Assembly: GCA_963707025.1 (NCBI GenBank)
Contig: CAVPOM010000010.1
Location: 96,001-160,000, forward strand
DNA from: an uncultured Verrucomicrobiae bacterium
GTDB lineage: Bacteria; Verrucomicrobiota; Verrucomicrobiia; Limisphaerales; Palsa-1400
Direction: 5' to 3'
Length of the DNA stretch: 64,000 bases
The notes under the pieces: generated by a model
Database searches by the model: none
What the model saw: only the letters and a program-made list of their open reading frames with translations
Told to the model about the DNA's origin: nothing
Shown: positions 62,399 through 64,000 of the stretch, in pieces
Numbering within the stretch: position 1 is the first letter of the stretch
Layout of the letters: every line of letters starts with the position of its first letter
Translations under genes and position numbers: made by a program

Positions 62399-62560
62399 AC
62401 CGGAGACCGTCCGCCCAAAAACTGAGATGCGCCCCTTGACGGGGAAAGGCGCAAGGAACGCTTGCGCGGAGGGCGGCCCGGGGGTATGAGATTCTGCCGC
62501 AGTGACCGCGAGCTTTCAACCGCGGTTTGTTCAGGAAAACTTAAACGGAAAGCATTTATT

Positions 62561-63307
62561 ATGATGACACGACGAGAAGCCATTCAGAAAACCATCTTTG
62601 CCACCGCCGCTTTTTCGGCCGGCGCCATGGCCGCCCAAACCCGGCCCGCCATGATGCCGCCGCCTCCGGCCGCCGGGCCTGCCGGCCCGTTCACGTTGCC
62701 GCCCCTGCCCTACCCTTACGATGCGCTGGAGCCGCACATTGACGCACAAACCATGCAAATTCATCACGACAAACATCATGGCGCTTATGTGGCCAATTTG
62801 AACAAGGCCGTGGCGGGGCATCCGGATCTGGCCGGCAAAAGCGTGGCGGAACTGGTGCGCGGCCTGGACACCTTGCCGGCGGACATCCGCACCGCCGTGC
62901 GCAACAACGGGGGCGGACACCTCAACCATTCGGCCTTCTGGCTGATGATGAAGAAGAACGGCGGCGGCCAGCCCAAGGGGGAGCTGGCGGCGGCGATGGA
63001 GAGGGACTTCGGCGGCTTTGACAAATTCAAGGCGGCCTTTACCGACGCGGCCATGAAGGTGTTCGGCAGCGGCTGGGCGTGGCTGAGTGTGGCGGGGCAA
63101 ACCGCGGCGGGCGCCCCCAGGACCCTCAAGATCGAATCCACGCCCAACCAGGACTCCGTGATCACGGCGGGGAGAGTTCCGCTGCTGGGGATTGATGTGT
63201 GGGAGCATGCTTACTACTTGAAATACCATAACGTCCGCGCCGACTACGTGGCGGCGTTCTTCAACGTGATTGATTGGGACAAAGTGGGCAGCGATTACAA
63301 GGGTTAG
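62561..63307 (+). CDS. sodA: Mn/Fe superoxide dismutase with twin-arginine signal peptide
   Basis: [39 protein letters not shown] and DVWEHAYY; N-terminal TRREAIQK. Confidence 0.93.
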   Translation: MMTRREAIQKTIFATAAFSAGAMAAQTRPAMMPPPPAAGPAGPFTLPPLPYPYDALEPHIDAQTMQIHHDKHHGAYVANLNKAVAGHPDLAGKSVAELVRGLDTLPADIRTAVRNNGGGHLNHSAFWLMMKKNGGGQPKGELAAAMERDFGGFDKFKAAFTDAAMKVFGSGWAWLSVAGQTAAGAPRTLKIESTPNQDSVITAGRVPLLGIDVWEHAYYLKYHNVRADYVAAFFNVIDWDKVGSDYKG

Positions 63308-63332
63308 CCCGGGCTTGCCATGCCTGAGCGGT

Positions 63333-63432
63333 TGTAGGGCGGGCAGTCCTCTGCCCGCCGTCGGACATTGGCACACGAACCGACGCCACACTGCTGCGGT
63401 CCTGCGGCGGGCAGGGGACTGCCCGCCCTACC
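63333..63432. repeat. GTAG-type REP doublet (REPIN-like)
   Basis: GTAGGGCGGGCAGTCCTCTGCCCGCCG ... CGGCGGGCAGGGGACTGCCCGCCCTAC, same family as 51639-51741. Confidence 0.85.
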
Positions 63433-63550
63433 GCGCAGGATCGGTGCATCGCAATACGTTAGATTCGTGGCGGCAGGGGTGGGTTTTGGCTCGGAGGTAT
63501 TGGTCCTTCCATTGAACCTTTTGTTGCGCGGGGCATTCTACTGGATGTAA

Positions 63551-64000
63551 ATGCTGGTAGTGGCTGAACGCGAACAATTGCCGGTGGAGCAGGCCAAAGC
63601 CGGGGAAGCGGAGGCTTGGAGCGTTCTGTTTCGGCGCTACCAACTGCCTTTGTATGTTTATGTCTTTGAGCTGGTCCGCGACGAGCAAACGAGTCTGGAC
63701 ATCGTCCAGGAAACTTTCATTGCCGCCGTCCGCCACATCGGCAGCCTGCGGGACGAGGCCAAGTTCGGCGGCTGGCTTTTCGGCATCGCCCACCAAAAAT
63801 GCGCGCAGTTGTGGCGCCAGCAGCACCGCGCGGCGGCCTGGCGGGAGGAAATCGCGCAATCCACTCCCGATCTGGACGACGGCCCCGACGAATTGCTCAT
63901 TCGGCGCGAAGAGGAGGAGGAGTTTATGAGCCTGATCAACCAACTTCCGCCCCCGCAACGCTCGGTGTTGCTGCTCCATTTTGTGGAGGATTTTTCGCTG
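63551..64000 (+). CDS. ECF-type RNA polymerase sigma factor (partial, runs off the window)
   Basis: My translation: AWSVLFRRYQLPLY...DIVQETFI...FGGWLFGIA...LPPPQRSVLLLHFVEDFSL (regions 2 and 4). Confidence 0.9.
   Translation, partial: MLVVAEREQLPVEQAKAGEAEAWSVLFRRYQLPLYVYVFELVRDEQTSLDIVQETFIAAVRHIGSLRDEAKFGGWLFGIAHQKCAQLWRQQHRAAAWREEIAQSTPDLDDGPDELLIRREEEEEFMSLINQLPPPQRSVLLLHFVEDFSL

Noticed and set aside
63513..63541. ECF autoregulatory promoter (GAACC...TCTA)
   Set aside because: Plausible, but too short and degenerate to support without homologous promoters.

Overview
GC-rich bacterial window whose gene content (prepilin-type H-X9-DG proteins, a TIGR03067-like lipoprotein, many secreted proteins ending in a shared 'W...RFYRL'-like domain) suggests a Pedosphaera-like verrucomicrobium; the taxonomy is an inference. 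From left to right: the decayed end of a tRNA-targeting integrative element (RadC/JAB fragment, arm-like repeats, tRNA-Ser 3' fragment, integrase remnant); secreted proteins, a GH3 and a giant adhesin; a prepilin/GH53/two-component glycan-use module; an 8.3-kb IS1595-family cargo transposon (29165-37503, 23-bp terminal inverted repeats, perfect 8-bp TSD); three IS4 and three IS3 copies in total; further surface proteins and glycoside hydrolases; a MoxR/RDD/DUF4129/DUF4350-type operon, a Tat-signal SOD and a partial ECF sigma factor. The most unusual feature is the IS1595 element. It carries an MmeI-like restriction-modification gene (hit twice by IS3), a C4-antisense-like structured RNA with cognate target sites, an atypical tRNA-Asp(GTC) and several small orphan ORFs. 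Many genes have single-base frameshifts, which may be assembly errors. Domain names come from recognised motifs; no searches were run.
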